The translations under genes and the position numbers were made by a program. Below, in pieces: positions 1-11,727 of a stretch of 64,000 bases of DNA. Within the stretch, counting starts at the first letter, position 1. Each line of letters opens with the position of its first letter. Origin of the DNA: an uncultured Nitrososphaerales archaeon (lineage in GTDB: Archaea; Thermoproteota; Nitrososphaeria; Nitrososphaerales; Nitrososphaeraceae); the NCBI GenBank assembly GCA_963841565.1, contig CAWJCY010000003.1, positions 32,001-96,000 of the forward strand, in the 5' to 3' direction. The notes under the pieces were generated by a model that had not been told where the DNA came from, made no database searches, and saw nothing but the letters and a program-made list of their open reading frames with translations.

Positions 1-261
1 CGAAAAGTTGCAGGTGTTAAACAAACGGGGGTACGTTAGAGTGGGGAGGCTTCACATTTTGACATAGAAACACTGATGGCTTCAACGATACCAGCAAGGA
101 ACCTTGATGGTCGAACAATCTGCTGTATTATTAATTAATTTGAAATTAGATACGGGTGCAAGGGCATCAACGAGTTTTCATTGTCTAACGAAATAAGGAC
201 GATGGGCCGTTTGGATGAAAACTATAAGTAAGAAGGTGCTTTTTTCTACTCACAATAACAA

Positions 262-1077
262 GTGAATATGCAAGTTAAAGGCTCAGTAGTGGATAGGCAT
301 TATCATTATCATTTAGGATTGAAGGTTGATCAGATCTTAAAGCTGGGTGCATTTCCATCGCAATTAGGAAATTCGACTAACAGAATCCTTGGAGGTGTAG
401 ATGAAGCTGGGAGAGGCGCAGTAATTGGTCCAATGGTTGTTGCGGGCGTATGTTTTAGAGAAAAAGATATGCGTGAGTTGGAACGAATTGGAGTTAGGGA
501 TTCAAAAGAGCTTTCCAGGAAGGAGAGAGCCGAAAAATATGGGCAGGTTGTCGGAATAGCAAAATCTATCTGCATTTGTGTAGTACAGACTACCGAGATA
601 GATGATCATGTTTCTTTTAATAGACTAAACCATCTGGAAGCCTTGGCCATGGCGCAGGTTATCGATAACATGAATGCAGATAGCGTATTTGTAGATTGTT
701 GCGATGTGAATCAAGAAAAATTTAAAGCCAATATTCTGAGCAATCTCAAGAGAAGAATTCGAATAAGAAAGGGAAAGCTAGATATTTTTTCATTCCATCA
801 TGCAGATAGTTTGCATCTGGCCGTTTCAGCTGCTTCAATAGTTGCTAAGGTGATCCGAGAAGAAGAGCTTGGTAATATTAAGAGGGTACATCAAGGTATC
901 GGTAGTGGATACCCTTCCGATAAGAAGACGGCTGGTTTCATTAAATCCTGGATTAATGAAGCTGGAGTGCCTCCGCCATTTGTAAGAAATTCTTGGTTGC
1001 CTGTGAAGAGGTTACTCAGGGAACGACAGCAAAGACAACTTGTACTAAGCTTCGAGTCTCAGAAATTAGACGAATAA
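262..1077 (+). CDS. rnhB: Ribonuclease HII
   Basis: GVDEAGRG, DSK, H-AD and GSGYPSD motifs; the true start is probably downstream of 262. Confidence 0.95.
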   Translation: MNMQVKGSVVDRHYHYHLGLKVDQILKLGAFPSQLGNSTNRILGGVDEAGRGAVIGPMVVAGVCFREKDMRELERIGVRDSKELSRKERAEKYGQVVGIAKSICICVVQTTEIDDHVSFNRLNHLEALAMAQVIDNMNADSVFVDCCDVNQEKFKANILSNLKRRIRIRKGKLDIFSFHHADSLHLAVSAASIVAKVIREEELGNIKRVHQGIGSGYPSDKKTAGFIKSWINEAGVPPPFVRNSWLPVKRLLRERQQRQLVLSFESQKLDE

Positions 1078-1140
1078 TTAATGGTGCTGAAGAAAGAAAA
1101 TTTCATCTATCATAGTTCAATCTTCCTGCGATGACGCACT

Positions 1141-1821
1141 CTACTTCGAGTACACAGCATAAATCATTCCATGGTCCTTATCAAAGGGCTCAAGGTCAAT
1201 GATCTGCTGTATGCTGAACCCATTTGATTCAAGTTTCTTTGCCTCTTCCTTTATCACTACTCTTGGGTCTTTGACCACATCTATGCTCCTAGACTTTACA
1301 ACCAGTAGTAACACTCCTCCTTTTTCCAGATATATCTTGCAGTTCTCGATGGCAATATCAGTCTGATCGGGTTGGGCTATATCGCAGTATACCGTTTGTA
1401 CGGTCCCAAATATGGAATAGTACGATTTTGGCCTACGACCATCTTCAACAATTGGAATTATATTATATCTCCGCGTTGCCACGTTTTCTAACAGCTCCCG
1501 TGCAACCCTAACAGCAGGCTCTATTGCGAATACGATGCCTTCATTTCCGATAATATCAGATATATGACTTACAGTAGTACCTGTTGACGCGCCTAGATAT
1601 AATACCCTAGAACCAACTCTGAAGGGAAAATACTGCAATCCTTTTTGGATGGCAGCAGCTAACTTGCTCCTGTACACATCCCATTGTCTGAATTCAATAT
1701 GATTATCCTGTATGAGTCGCTCCCCGTATACATTGTTCCCTTTATCTAAATTCGGTGTGGCTAGACACTTTTGCCCATCAACATATATCCATATCTTACC
1801 GTTACTGACCAAGTTACCCAA
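1141..1821 (-). CDS. flpA: Fibrillarin-like rRNA/tRNA 2'-O-methyltransferase
   Basis: VYGE, RSKLAAAI, VLYLGASTGTTVSHISD, DIAQPDQ; adjacent to Nop5. Confidence 0.97.
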   Translation of the reverse strand: MGNLVSNGKIWIYVDGQKCLATPNLDKGNNVYGERLIQDNHIEFRQWDVYRSKLAAAIQKGLQYFPFRVGSRVLYLGASTGTTVSHISDIIGNEGIVFAIEPAVRVARELLENVATRRYNIIPIVEDGRRPKSYYSIFGTVQTVYCDIAQPDQTDIAIENCKIYLEKGGVLLLVVKSRSIDVVKDPRVVIKEEAKKLESNGFSIQQIIDLEPFDKDHGMIYAVYSK

Positions 1822-1893
1822 ACTCCTTTGTCAAGTTATTTTGAATAACTTGTGCACTAATTTGGAAATAGTCCGAATCTATTTGAAACATTT

Positions 1894-3210
1894 TTAGCTC
1901 TGCCTCCTCTTTTTTTTCTTATTACTTCTAAATTTTGTTCCCCCGCCATAGCCTCTAACTCTATCCTCTGAATATCTACCTCTTCCTCTTCCTCCTCCTC
2001 CTCTTCCTCTAGGTCCTGGCCCGGACCTGTCAAAGGGTCGGTTTCTAAAGCTTCGATTAGGTCGTTCTGGAGGCGGCTGACTATATTTCTGTTGAATTTC
2101 ATTTATTCTAAGTTTTAATTTGTCAGAAAGAGAGAGGTCTTTTTCACCTTTTCTGTATAGGTCGATCCTGGCAGCAATCGAGGCTTTGGAGGCTACAGAT
2201 CTTGCTATTTTTCCTCTCTGCCACCTTGGAGCAGAATGGATAAGTGGGTGCTGAAAGAGAATACCATGCTTAGGGGTACTAGCTCCTGTTTTTAAAGATC
2301 TAAACAAGGCCTTTTCTGCACCTAAAACTTGAACAGTGCTGGACGAAAGGTACGCAAACTTTTCCAGACTTCCTGCTTTGGCTATCATCCTAGCTCCAAC
2401 TAAAGGACTTAAGAGTTCCTTTGTATTTGGCGCAATTAGCTCCATCGTGCTTTCGATGTGATCTGCGATGATTCTTCTAAGCTCTGTCTGAAGAATCACT
2501 TGGTAGGCAAGCTGTTTTATAATTGCCAGGTTCTCCGAGGTGATATCTCCACCCCTGCTCCTCTGAGCTGCTTGAAGTATAATCTGCGTCCGCTTTTCAT
2601 CCAATCCCAGTCTTTCAAGCAATTCTCCAGTTATACCAGCCCTAAATCCTGCTTCTCTAACTATATTTGCGTATAGGGATAGGCTCTGGATCAAGTTATC
2701 GAGCTCAGGAAAATGCAGACCATACCATTCCCTCATTCTTGTCCCGATCGTGTTGATAATCTTGTCAAGCTCATCCAATGCGCTGACAGCTTGTATGACA
2801 TGCAAGTCAAGCTGCTCTGATGATTCCTTTATTTTAGAGGAGGAGAGATCTATTGCGAATTTGCGGAGCTCGCGCTGCGCCTGCGTCTCATTGGAGACAA
2901 ATTCCGCCTTTTCTAGAATAGATTTCTTTTGCAAAAGCAATACCCTAAGTTCTTCATCGTTCATCAAGGTGCTACTAATGCCATTCTGCTGTAGAACGAA
3001 ATTTAGGTTCTGGTCGTTAGATCTCACGTCTGAGTAATTTCCAATCTTTGCAATAATCTGTCCTAGACCAGTAAACCTGCCACCATTCTTAATTAAACGA
3101 TAAGATTCGATTGGATTCGTGAATTTAGTTGAACCTGATACATTTTCATTTTCATCTAAGAGGATGATTCCAAGTTCGCACAATACAACCGAACATTTAC
3201 CATCCGACAT
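1894..3210 (-). CDS. nop5: C/D box RNP scaffold Nop5 (Nop56/58)
   Basis: REWYGLHFPEL, VQVLGAEKALF, PKHG, RGKIAR; RG/K-rich tail. Confidence 0.97.
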   Translation of the reverse strand: MSDGKCSVVLCELGIILLDENENVSGSTKFTNPIESYRLIKNGGRFTGLGQIIAKIGNYSDVRSNDQNLNFVLQQNGISSTLMNDEELRVLLLQKKSILEKAEFVSNETQAQRELRKFAIDLSSSKIKESSEQLDLHVIQAVSALDELDKIINTIGTRMREWYGLHFPELDNLIQSLSLYANIVREAGFRAGITGELLERLGLDEKRTQIILQAAQRSRGGDITSENLAIIKQLAYQVILQTELRRIIADHIESTMELIAPNTKELLSPLVGARMIAKAGSLEKFAYLSSSTVQVLGAEKALFRSLKTGASTPKHGILFQHPLIHSAPRWQRGKIARSVASKASIAARIDLYRKGEKDLSLSDKLKLRINEIQQKYSQPPPERPNRSFRNRPFDRSGPGPRGRGGGGRGRGRYSEDRVRGYGGGTKFRSNKKKKRRQS

Positions 3211-3567
3211 TATCTATCTACAATAAATGAGAGGTACTTGAGGCTATTAAAAACATATCACAGGATGTTAATCATCAAATTCACAATGCTCACGTAAGCA
3301 GAATCTCCATGCAACTTATTTGGAGAAAATTTGCGATCGGGAATCAATAACTGAATTTTGAAAGAAGCGCGTTGCCACAGGAATTTTGTTCACCTGGCAA
3401 ATTAATTAATTTGTCTCTCTATTATCGACTACATTAGCAGAAGAGTGTCCTTACCCTACTTTTACATTTCACTTCGCTTCCACAATTGACTCCAAGTCAT
3501 CGTATTAAACCAACCAGTAACGTGGCAATGCTCACATACGGATTATTCAGCACATGTTGGTCAAGTC

Positions 3568-3876
3568 TCATATGCCAAGTAGGGAATCGTTCTTAATCTT
3601 GATTATTGAGGCCTTGTTCATCTGAGTTAGCATGGTTCTTAGGGATTCCCTCACTCTAGCTTCCTTATCGCTAGAGATCGAGAGTACCTCATAAACCAAA
3701 TCTTGGAAAGATATCCCGTTACACATATTCCAAAGGGAGACGGCTGTGTCACTAACCCGAAATCCTTCACCCTTGAAATTTATCAAGAGTGGTCTTCCGT
3801 CCAAATCGTTACTCGCAAAACCCCTTCGCAATATTATAGAATCTGAATCAATTTTTCTATCCCTCAGCCTCAACAA
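3568..3876 (-). CDS. PqqD/RRE-like small winged-helix protein
   Basis: LLIN..G..F.VSDTAVSLWNMCNG.SFQDLV...VRESL..ML.QM.KASII matches the PqqD pattern; the start may be the ATG near 3889 with a 1-nt indel. Confidence 0.6.
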   Translation of the reverse strand: MLRLRDRKIDSDSIILRRGFASNDLDGRPLLINFKGEGFRVSDTAVSLWNMCNGISFQDLVYEVLSISSDKEARVRESLRTMLTQMNKASIIKIKNDSLLGI

Positions 3877-4185
3877 TTCGGACCGGCATCTATTCTTTGT
3901 CAGAAAGTTATTTAATCATTTGTAGATCAATGACCATTAACTAATTACTTGAATATGGTTAAACGAGATAATATTCATCTTTCATTTCAGTGTCGTCACT
4001 ATAATTGCATCATCCAAATCCATCTTTATTGTTATGAACACCTTCTTAACTTCACCACTTCTTGTACTGCTGCCTTAACCCAGAGAGTTCCTTATCTATC
4101 GTTGCCAAAAAAATGCTATATCCGCTAATAGACAAATCCGATAATGCTTAAATTTAGTTGGAGGGATCGTTAAGAGTAAGATTAG

Positions 4186-4656
4186 TTGTCATTTTTCAAG
4201 AGGTTATTGAATCAAAACGATAGCAAGAACCAAGGCCAAATTTCCCCAAAGGAGGAAAAGAAACCACCAAAAGTAAATCGCACGATAATTCTGACTCGGG
4301 AAACGGCAGACGGTATCATAACATTTGCAAAGAGCTGGCATCCTAATGAAGGAATATTAATACTCAGAGGGCAACATAAACACAGGAAGGGCGAGGTACA
4401 CATTGACGGGTTAGTCGTGCCTCCTTTTGCCTCGCATGGGCCATACTACTCAGGTTTCCCAAGTTACGACTTACCCTTTGACCTTTCATATGTCGGTACG
4501 GCTCACTCACATCCTGGAGGATCGAATCGTCCATCATTGCAGGACTTGAACAATTTCTTTGGATTGGTCTCAATAATCATTAGTTTCCCTTATGATGAGA
4601 ATTGCATTGGGGCATTTGATCGAAATGGAAAATCGATTCCGTTTGCTATAGTGTAA
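4186..4656 (+). CDS. JAMM/MPN+ (Mov34) metalloprotease-family protein
   Basis: E...HSHPGGSNRPSLQD fits the JAMM motif E-HxH-x7-S-x2-D. Confidence 0.88.
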   Translation: MSFFKRLLNQNDSKNQGQISPKEEKKPPKVNRTIILTRETADGIITFAKSWHPNEGILILRGQHKHRKGEVHIDGLVVPPFASHGPYYSGFPSYDLPFDLSYVGTAHSHPGGSNRPSLQDLNNFFGLVSIIISFPYDENCIGAFDRNGKSIPFAIV

Positions 4657-4817
4657 CACTTCTCAAGTCCAATTGCAATGCTAGCAACTGGATATCTATA
4701 GACCACTCTGGTCTAGAATATTTATTGATCCTAACTACCTTTTCATTCATATTCTGTCATTTTATTTAATATTATCTCATGCCGTTCGCGTTCGCCCTTC
4801 TGCGATTATTTTAACTC

Positions 4818-6256
4818 CTAGGAAAATCTCACTTTTGACTGGGTACCCGATCCTCTAGGATTGGTAACCGATTCAATAGCACTTCCAATCAGCGCAAATG
4901 ATATGCCTGCCGCAGCTATCATAATGCCAGGCGGTAGTATCCACCACCAGAGACCTCGGGCAGCCGCTGAAGCAGTATTTGCGTCATGAAGAATGCTTCC
5001 CCAGGTCGGGATCGAAGGATCACCTAGACCTATAAAACTCAACGTTGCTTCAGTTAATATCGCTGCAGGTACTGCTAAGGCGATGCTTGCAAACGTAAGT
5101 GGTAGGAGCTGAGGCAAAATATGCCGCAGAATGATCCTAATATCTTTCTCGCCCATGAGCTTCGAGGCTTCAACATATTGAAGATTCTTTATCTGTAATG
5201 CAAGGCTCCTTGCGACTCTTGCAATGCCACTCCATCCAAAGATGACGAGGAAAAGGGTTATGAGGTAAATACTGCTGCCAATAGTGATAGAAAGGATAAT
5301 AAGGAAAACGAATGTAGGGAGGGAAATCACGAGGTCGTTGACCCTCATCAAAGCCTCATCAAACCTTCCTCCTTTATAGCCAGCTAGGAGGCCATACAAC
5401 ATGCCAATAATAACTGAAGAGATAGCAGCTGTTAAACCTACAAATAATGCTACAGGGGCCCCCCAGAAAATACCTATACTCAAGTCTCTACGTAAATCAT
5501 CAGTCCCCATTAGACCGTACACCTTACCGCCTAGGATTACTTTTGTATTCTCTACTTTATCCTCCGCACCAAAAAGGTAGTACGTAATATTAAATAGGTA
5601 TTGTCCCTTAAGTACCGCCTCTTCGTCAAGCCTAGAAAATATCATCTTTTGAGGTGAAGATAGGTCAGGACTATAATCGAAAAGTCCGGTGTATGCTTGT
5701 AAATTGTCTCTTATTGATCCATCAGTAGAGAAGATCCTAGAGCAGTATTCATTTAGGTTAGATGTGCTTTCCGATGATATTGCGCTTGATGGAAGTGGAG
5801 AATTGTATATCATGAAGCTCTCGCCATCCGGCCTGGTGACATCAACCTGGATTACTGGAGGGATGTCACCATATCTTAAGCAATAATCAATGATGAAATC
5901 TGTGGGAAACGAATTGTAATTAAAGTCAATATCAAATAAGAACGAATTGGTCGGAATGCCCCCAAATGAACTATTCTGTGTTTCTTGCATCGCTAGGTCC
6001 GAAGATCATGTGGTTAGGAAGATTATTTTCTGGAAGCAGCCAATTTACCCATGCAGGTGCGGCAGATTTCGGATAGTCTATCCAAAACCCGGGATTGTTC
6101 CACTGACCAGAGGATTCAAGCGGCACTGCTACGAATGCATAGATAGTCATTGCGGTCAACATCACCTAAAATGAAAAAGCCCCCAATGGCGGCCTTGGTA
6201 TGCAGGATCCGACGAATTAATAGATTGAAATTGCTTGCAGATTCCGAGGCTTTCAC
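4818..6256 (-). CDS. Peptide/nickel ABC transporter permease (DppC-like), frameshifted
   Basis: GTDDLRRD, YVEASKLMG, HILPQL, LSFIGLG; ORFs 4818-5990 and 5971-6165 plus an N-terminus from GTG ~6256 are joined by indels. Confidence 0.85.
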
Positions 6257-7305
6257 GAAGACACCTTAACTCTTGGATCGAAATATGCATAGAGGAGATC
6301 GGCTATCAACATTGTCATTACATACATTAATGTAAACACATATGTGCTTCCCAAAATTACAGGAATGTCCAATACAATTATTGCATCATAAAGTAGCTTT
6401 CCGACCCCAGGCCAGTCAAATACTGCTTCCACGATAAAACTGCCACTTATCGAGGCAATTAGCGCAGTGACTATCCCAGTCAAGATAGGAGGGGCTGCAT
6501 TTTTGAGCGCATGAGAGTATAATATTTTCCGTTTTGGAATTCCCATCACCCTTTTTGCTTGAATATAGTCTTCATCCAAAACACGGGAAATAAAGTAGCG
6601 GACGACAAATGACCAAACTGCAAAGCTCAAGATAACCAGTGTAATCAACGGTAACATCATATGGTACAGACAGATCCAAAACGTAAAAAGGTTCTCCAGG
6701 TGAGGTCAACGGAGTAGAACGAGCAGGAAAGATACCAAGCGAAAATGAAAAAAGCAGTATCATCAACATACCTACCCAAAATGTCGCAAAGCTATTGCTA
6801 ACAACAGCAACAAATGAAATCCCTTTGTCGAGAGATCGAACCCCTTTTCTCTGCCATATAAGTTCCCAAAAACAGACCAATGATGACTACCACCACTGTT
6901 GATGTAGTAAAGAGCAATACCGTCTTAGGCACCTTCTCTATGATAATGTCGCTGACATTCGAAGAGCCGCTATCTGATGTAAAGAAATTAGACCGGCCTA
7001 AATCAAGCGTGAGTATATCAAAAAGTGTATTTACGAATCTCTTGGGTGAGTGCCATGGTTCGTCCAGTCCGAGATCTTTAGTTTTAGATCAACTTGTTCA
7101 TCGACGTAGGCCTGGCGTTGAGAAAGGGTTCTAAATTGGACATTATCTTGAGCAGATGCTTCCACCACCTCGGCTCTAGTCCTATCCAGTCAACAACCTT
7201 GTCCAGGGTTGAACCAAATAGAATCAGAGAGATAATCAAGGTAATAACAACAACTAGAATCCTGTAAGCAGTTGTTTTGGCAACATAAAAGAGAAAATCT
7301 GTCAT
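6253..7305 (-). CDS. Peptide/nickel ABC transporter permease (DppB-like), frameshifted
   Basis: EDYIQAKRVMG, HALKNA, VEAVFDWPGVG, DPRV; in several fragments (7084-7305, 6572-6880, 6253-6660). Confidence 0.85.
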
Positions 7306-7535
7306 CCACGAAACATCTGGCTAACTGGAGTTGATGCGTCATCTATAAATGATGTAGCTGGTCTGGTCGAAGGTGTGGCCACCTAGTCTCTGAATAGTTT
7401 TCGGTTCCAAAAAAATTCTGTCGACATTTTATTAATATCCAAACTAATCATTCTGATGTTTTATACTCAAGAAATAGGAAAAGACCGTGCATTGCCATGT
7501 AATGTACCTAACTTGCAATAATTGCAATCCGATTA

Positions 7536-9995
7536 CTACCCCTGCTGCTGTTGTTGTCTAGGACCGGACAACGGATTTACAGCTATTAGTGTTGTAGTTT
7601 GAATATCAGGTCTATATGCGGAATCACTTACCGCGAAAATCTTCATTATGCTCGGGCCAGTTTGTAAAAGGGCCGTTTTGTTCGTTGGTATCTCTATTGA
7701 ATATTTGCCATTGCCGTCTGAAACTGAGGTATTGCCTGAAATTACAGTTCTTCCATCCTTGTCGGAGACAAAGTAAAATACAGAGGCATTTTCAGCCGGT
7801 CTACCTTCTATGCTAACTGTTACATTTGCCTTGAGCGGACTCTGTCCAGCGATTATGGTTCTCGGTGCGGACTACCTTATCGATCGACGCGATCTTGGGT
7901 GTCTGGTACTGTGACCAATGGCCTTTCTCAAATGGATATGAACTGTCTCTAAAGGCCTTGAGAGTTATGACTCTCCCTTCAGGATTGTATGAGTCCAAAT
8001 AGAAAGGGCCATTACCTATAATCGCATGCTTGTGGGTATCAATCCACTTGATACTCGCATCATACCTTTTGATAGCCTCCTCAGGGGTTACAAAATCTCG
8101 GAGTGACACAGGGACAAATCCCTCAGCTTATCATATTTGCCAACTCATTTCTTATCATAGCTGCATGAGAGGGAACTATCAATGAGAGCCAAGGCACGTT
8201 TTTAGACGAAGCTTCACCCTTTGAAAAAGCAGCTTTCCCCGATGTAACGAGCCTCTCGCTTGCGGCAGTTATTTCCCAAGGCTCTCCTGCCCAGACCCCC
8301 GCTGTCCCGGCTAATTCCTTGTCGTCAAAATGCCACTGGTCTACATAGGATTCTACCGTCTGATTATCGATGAATCTTATCCCTTTTATTAGAGGAAGAC
8401 CAGGCTCCACGCCAGCCATATATTCCGGATCGTTCGTTAAATCAGCAGGATCGCCGGTATCCATCCCCCACTCAAAGACAAAATATTGAGGGTATAATAG
8501 GTCTGCAGGGGTCATCGGAATCCCGTTGTGCCAGTTCGAATAAAGGGTATCGTATTTGACAGCTGTAAACGCAGTGTTATTCTTTCCCGGACCTGTCCAT
8601 TGCTGTGAAATTGGATCCCAATTCATCGAATTATTGGGGACAACAAGTTTTTCCAGTGGTCCTTTTGTTGTTATATTGATCCAAGGAGTCCTCATTGGTA
8701 TTACCTCTCCAGTATATGGATCCCGAAAGGTACCAGGATCGGATAAAGCTGAAGAAATGTCTCTGCAATACTGGTCCGAGCAACCACCAACTCCATTCCA
8801 TGCCCCTTGGTAAATCTGCTTAACGCCAATGTCAAGGGTGTTTGAAGGATCTTGAGTTCGTGCATTTATCAGCGAAAATTTACTAGAAATTCCTGCGCCA
8901 AAATCATTTACAAGACCTGTAAGACCAGACGATGCTACGTATGGATCGACTAATTGTGCAATAAAAACTCTAACTGCCTCCTGTACTCCTAAGTCTGTGG
9001 CATTTCTAACAAGTGAATTTCTCTCTTTTTCGGAAGTAAAATTAAGGAACTGAATTCTTTGCGTTATCTTGTCTATGGTATCATTTTCATAATTCCAAAA
9101 TGCGGGGTTTTGTTGGCCCGGCATATTTCCGAAATATGGGGCGTACATTTGTGAGGGAATCACTGGGTTGTATTTCACAAAACCGCCAGTGCCACCAAAA
9201 GCCTCAGTATATATGTTCCATCCAAGATCTTGAGGATTAGAGCCGTAAACTACTGTATTCGCTTTGTTCAAGTCACCATAGTTCCTCTTCACGGTAAATC
9301 CTGCCTTTTCTATCTCTGAAGCTACTAGCTCTCCAACCGATCTTAGAGGCTGATTGTCACTTCTCATCAGTATTGAAATGGTCACTGGCTTCCCATTAAA
9401 CATCCATTTTCCATTTTCTTTCTGGGCACCAGCTTTATTCATTGCGGCTGTTATAATTTGGTCAGCGAGTCTAGGGTTATACCCTAGTCCGGAAGACTCG
9501 ACTGAATCAATTACATTGAAATACTCAGGTGAAAAGATCCCGTAAGGACCCACAAGAGGCGTACCCAATCCTTTTAGGATTTCATCTACAACAAACTCTC
9601 TGTCTACTAAATAGTTCATTGCGTACCTCACTTCCCTTAATGAAAAGGGATTCAGCGAGCTAGAATCATTTGATGGTGCAGGATTCAGTAGCAGGCCAAA
9701 TGATCCGGAAAGTTTGTCATACTCCTTTAGATTCGGAATATTTTTAATTTCAGTGGCTGCTTCTAGCGGTATTCTAAAATAGTATGTATCCAGATTTCCT
9801 GATTTCAATTCCTCCAAAGCCACATTATCGTCTAGATATTGAATGAATCTCACACTGTCGATATATGCTCCCTGTGCCATTGCTCTGCGCAGCAGCACTA
9901 ACTAGAGAAGGGGCAAAAAGAATAAGAAATAGTATGGCAAGAATGGGCAGAACTAGAATTGGTATTGGTATTGGTGTTGAAATCCTGTCTTTCAT
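7536..9995 (-). CDS. ABC transporter substrate-binding protein (family 5), frameshifted
   Basis: Signal peptide from ATG 9995 (MKDRISTPIPIPILVLPILAILFLILFAPSLVSAAAQ), NPFSLREVRYAMNYLVDR, WHNG.PMTPAD, GNGPFYLD; C-terminal part runs to a stop at 7536. Confidence 0.88.
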
Positions 9996-10106
9996 CACAC
10001 GTTACCCCATTTCACTTAGTGGCAAAAAACTGGGTTCCATTCTTTTTTCAATTTTCTGTAATTACATCATCATATAATAAGTGGGGAGTGTTAGTGAGTT
10101 CTAAAA

Positions 10107-10496
10107 CTAATAGGTAAATTTCCCCAGACGTCGTCGGTTTTCAAAATAGCTAGCATTTCCGAAAGGATTTACATGGTTACTTGATAAATATTTTCTAATG
10201 TCTGAGGCTATCGTAGTTTGGTCAGTAGCTATGCGTCGCGCGTAGCTTCCAGGAAATAGATTGGGAGAATCTATTTTATGCCTACCAGCCCTCTCCTCAC
10301 CCTCAATGCGCTGAGCTTCAACATGATCCGTGCTATTTGAGCTTGTATTTTCAGACGAATTTGCATTGGTTACAGGACTAGGATATCCATCGAAATCAAG
10401 AAATGACGGGTCTTGCTGGTCAATAGATTCAGAATGTGGTATCCTATTTCCGTAGGCGGGGGGAATTCTGCGACGAATAATTTCATCTGGGATCAT
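10107..10496 (-). CDS. Hypothetical protein
   Basis: 129-aa ORF with an AT-rich TATA-like element upstream; no recognisable motif. Confidence 0.5.
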   Translation of the reverse strand: MIPDEIIRRRIPPAYGNRIPHSESIDQQDPSFLDFDGYPSPVTNANSSENTSSNSTDHVEAQRIEGEERAGRHKIDSPNLFPGSYARRIATDQTTIASDIRKYLSSNHVNPFGNASYFENRRRLGKFTY

Positions 10497-10811
10497 TACA
10501 AATAGCTACGCACTGGGGCGGTATTAATTTGTACTGCAAATATCGCTATCCGGTGGTGAAGTGTTTGATTTTCATGTTAGTTTGATATGTAGTGTTTGAT
10601 TGGATTGACTAAATTGTCATGATTTAATACATTTTCCATAAAATATAGAAACAATATTAATTCATAGTAAAAACATTATGCGTTTTAAATCATAGTTGTA
10701 AGAATTTCAAATCTGGGTCGTGAATCCTTGTCCAATAGGATTAACTTTATATACTAGAATAAAACATTTATACTAGATGCGATATTCTGACAATTTTTCT
10801 GGTGAAAAACC

Positions 10812-11727
10812 TTGGTAAAGGACATCACACTATTCAATGAAAGATGCCCGCGATGCACAAAGGGCCCCATGGTTACAGATAATTCTAGTGGAGAGATGTT
10901 TTGCGGAAACTGTGGGTTTGTGATTACAGAAAGAATCGAAGAAATGGGTCCAGAGTGGAGAGCATTCTCGAAGGAGGAGCATGAGGATAGGAGTCGAGCT
11001 GGTGTGCCTACTTCACTAGCCATGCATGATATGGGACTGGCTACTATCATCGGGCCTATCGATAAGGACGCTTCTGGTAAGCCGTTGTCGGCCTCTATGA
11101 AAAGCACAATTGAAAGGCTTCGAACTTGGGACAGTAGGAGCCAAGTACATGAACCAGTAGACCGTAATTTCAGGCAAGCGTTCAGTGAGCTCGATCGACT
11201 GAAAGATAAGCTGGCAGTAGGGGATGCTGTAATAGAAAAGGCGAGCCTACGTGTATAGGAAGGCTTTGGAACGCGGTCTGGTGAGAGGGAGATCTATTTC
11301 AGCGCTAGTAGCAGCTGCTTTATACGCGGCGTGTAGAGATACTGAAACACCCCGGACATTGAAGGACATTGCCAATGCTAGTAATATCAAGAAGAAGGAT
11401 GTCGCTAGGTGTTATCGGCTTTTAATAAGAGAGCTTGACTTAAAGATGCCTGTTGTCGACCCAGTCAAGTGTGTGGCTAGAATTGCAAGCAAGGCCGGGC
11501 TTTCAGAAAAGACGAAGAGAAAGGCCCTTGAGATCTTAAAGAGGGCGGAGGAAGGAAAAATTTCCGCAGGTAAAGACCCAATGGGACTTGCGGCAGCTGC
11601 ATTGTATGTCGCTTGCGTGATGAACGGTGAGAACAAGACACAGAAAGATGTCGCAGAAGCAGCCGGAGTAACCGAGGTCACAATCAGAAACAGATACAAA
11701 GGATTGAAATTGCACCTAAAGTTGTAA
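10812..11727 (+). CDS. tfb: Transcription initiation factor IIB (TFB), frameshifted near 11243
   Basis: CPRC..CGNCG Zn ribbon, GPEWRAF, RGRSI, GKDPMGLAAAALY, VTEVTIRNRYK. Confidence 0.95.

Noticed and set aside
1857-2102. Poly-Glu ORF overlapping the end of nop5
   Set aside because: Alternative-frame reading of the GGA/AGA-rich codons of the Nop5 RG tail
7348-7393. C/D-like segment (ATGATGT...CTGA) upstream of the DppB-like gene
   Set aside because: Imperfect C box and no convincing internal C'/D' boxes
7513-7527. Palindrome TTGCAAT-A-ATTGCAA
   Set aside because: Short and AT-rich, just after the substrate-binding protein stop; at most a 3'-end element and plausible by chance
10812-11727. 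Split TFB (also cofC, tyrA, DUF2070) as programmed frameshifting or true pseudogenes
   Set aside because: Single-base breaks occur in many unrelated, otherwise intact genes with no shared slippery heptamer, so sequencing indels are the simpler explanation
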